Below the pieces are notes generated by a model. That model was not told the origin of the DNA and ran no database searches. It saw only the letters and a program-made list of their open reading frames with translations. A stretch of 64,000 bases of DNA, taken from the NCBI GenBank assembly GCA_964252035.1, contig OZ176209.1, one strand, 5' to 3'. The DNA comes from Podarcis erhardii. Lineage: Eukaryota. A program made the position numbers and the translations under genes. Shown here one piece after another: positions 63,514 through 64,000 of this stretch. Position 1 is the first letter of the stretch, and every line of letters begins with the position of its first letter.

Positions 63514-63620
63514 CTATGTAGGAAAATATTTCAAGATTCAGAAGCAATCTTTTTTTTAAAAAAAAAGTATCTAAAATTAGGGTCTGACTATTAATAAATA
63601 TGTTCTTAAGAACATAGTAC

Positions 63621-63684
63621 ATGTACAGAGAATATTTCAAAACACTTCACATATGTACAGATAATATTTCAAAACACTTCACAT
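63621..63684. repeat. 32-bp tandem duplication
   Basis: atgtacaga(g/t)aatatttcaaaacacttcacat occurs twice, identical at 31/32 positions. Confidence 0.9.
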
Positions 63685-64000
63685 AAATTATCTCAATAGT
63701 ATTTGGAACAGTCTTAGAAAGATAGGCCAGTAATGCTCCTCTGCTGCAGATGAGAGACTGGGTAAAAGTGGCTTGATGAAGGGTCATCAATGGCTAAGGT
63801 GAAATTTGAATTGGGGATTTTCTCCTAACTCACAGCTCACACTTCTTGCCATTGTAGTATAGTAGCTTTCTGTTGTGACAGCAGGAACACATACTTGAAA
63901 AAAAAATTGTAGGTTATACAAAATTTAATAAAACCTACATATTTTTACAGAGGTAACTAGTGAGTGGGCAAGTGACTAATGGATGAAGTAATTCAAGCTA

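Overview
Vertebrate genomic DNA, most likely from a lacertid lizard (inferred from Sauria SINE copies and squamate-type MITEs). Three protein-coding genes lie on the minus strand, and I traced them exon by exon from splice sites and translation. SLC17A8/VGLUT3 is complete (12 coding exons, 1755 nt CDS, 584 aa). SCYL2 is complete (17 coding exons, 920 aa, plus a 12-nt ASNM microexon, one GC-AG intron and a CpG-island promoter). ACTR6 is represented by its last 8 coding exons and continues past the window end. DEPDC4, which in human sits head-to-head with SCYL2 (recalled, not checked), is not recognisable, and only about 1.9 kb separate the ACTR6 stop codon from the SCYL2 promoter. Introns carry many transposon relics: Sauria SINEs, a tRNA-type SINE, CR1/L2/RTE fragments, Tc1/mariner-type MITEs with TA duplications and hAT elements with 8-bp duplications. 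The most striking structure is an apparently young RTE/RTEX-type LINE in an ACTR6 intron. It has a perfect 14-bp target-site duplication and an uninterrupted 518-codon RT ORF whose orientation is opposite to a short poly(A)-signal-bearing tail, the layout expected from twin-priming inversion. I found no CRISPR array, rRNA, tRNA gene or prokaryotic system, and nothing I can support as a wholly new biological system. Gene names and human comparisons come from recalled sequences, not database searches.
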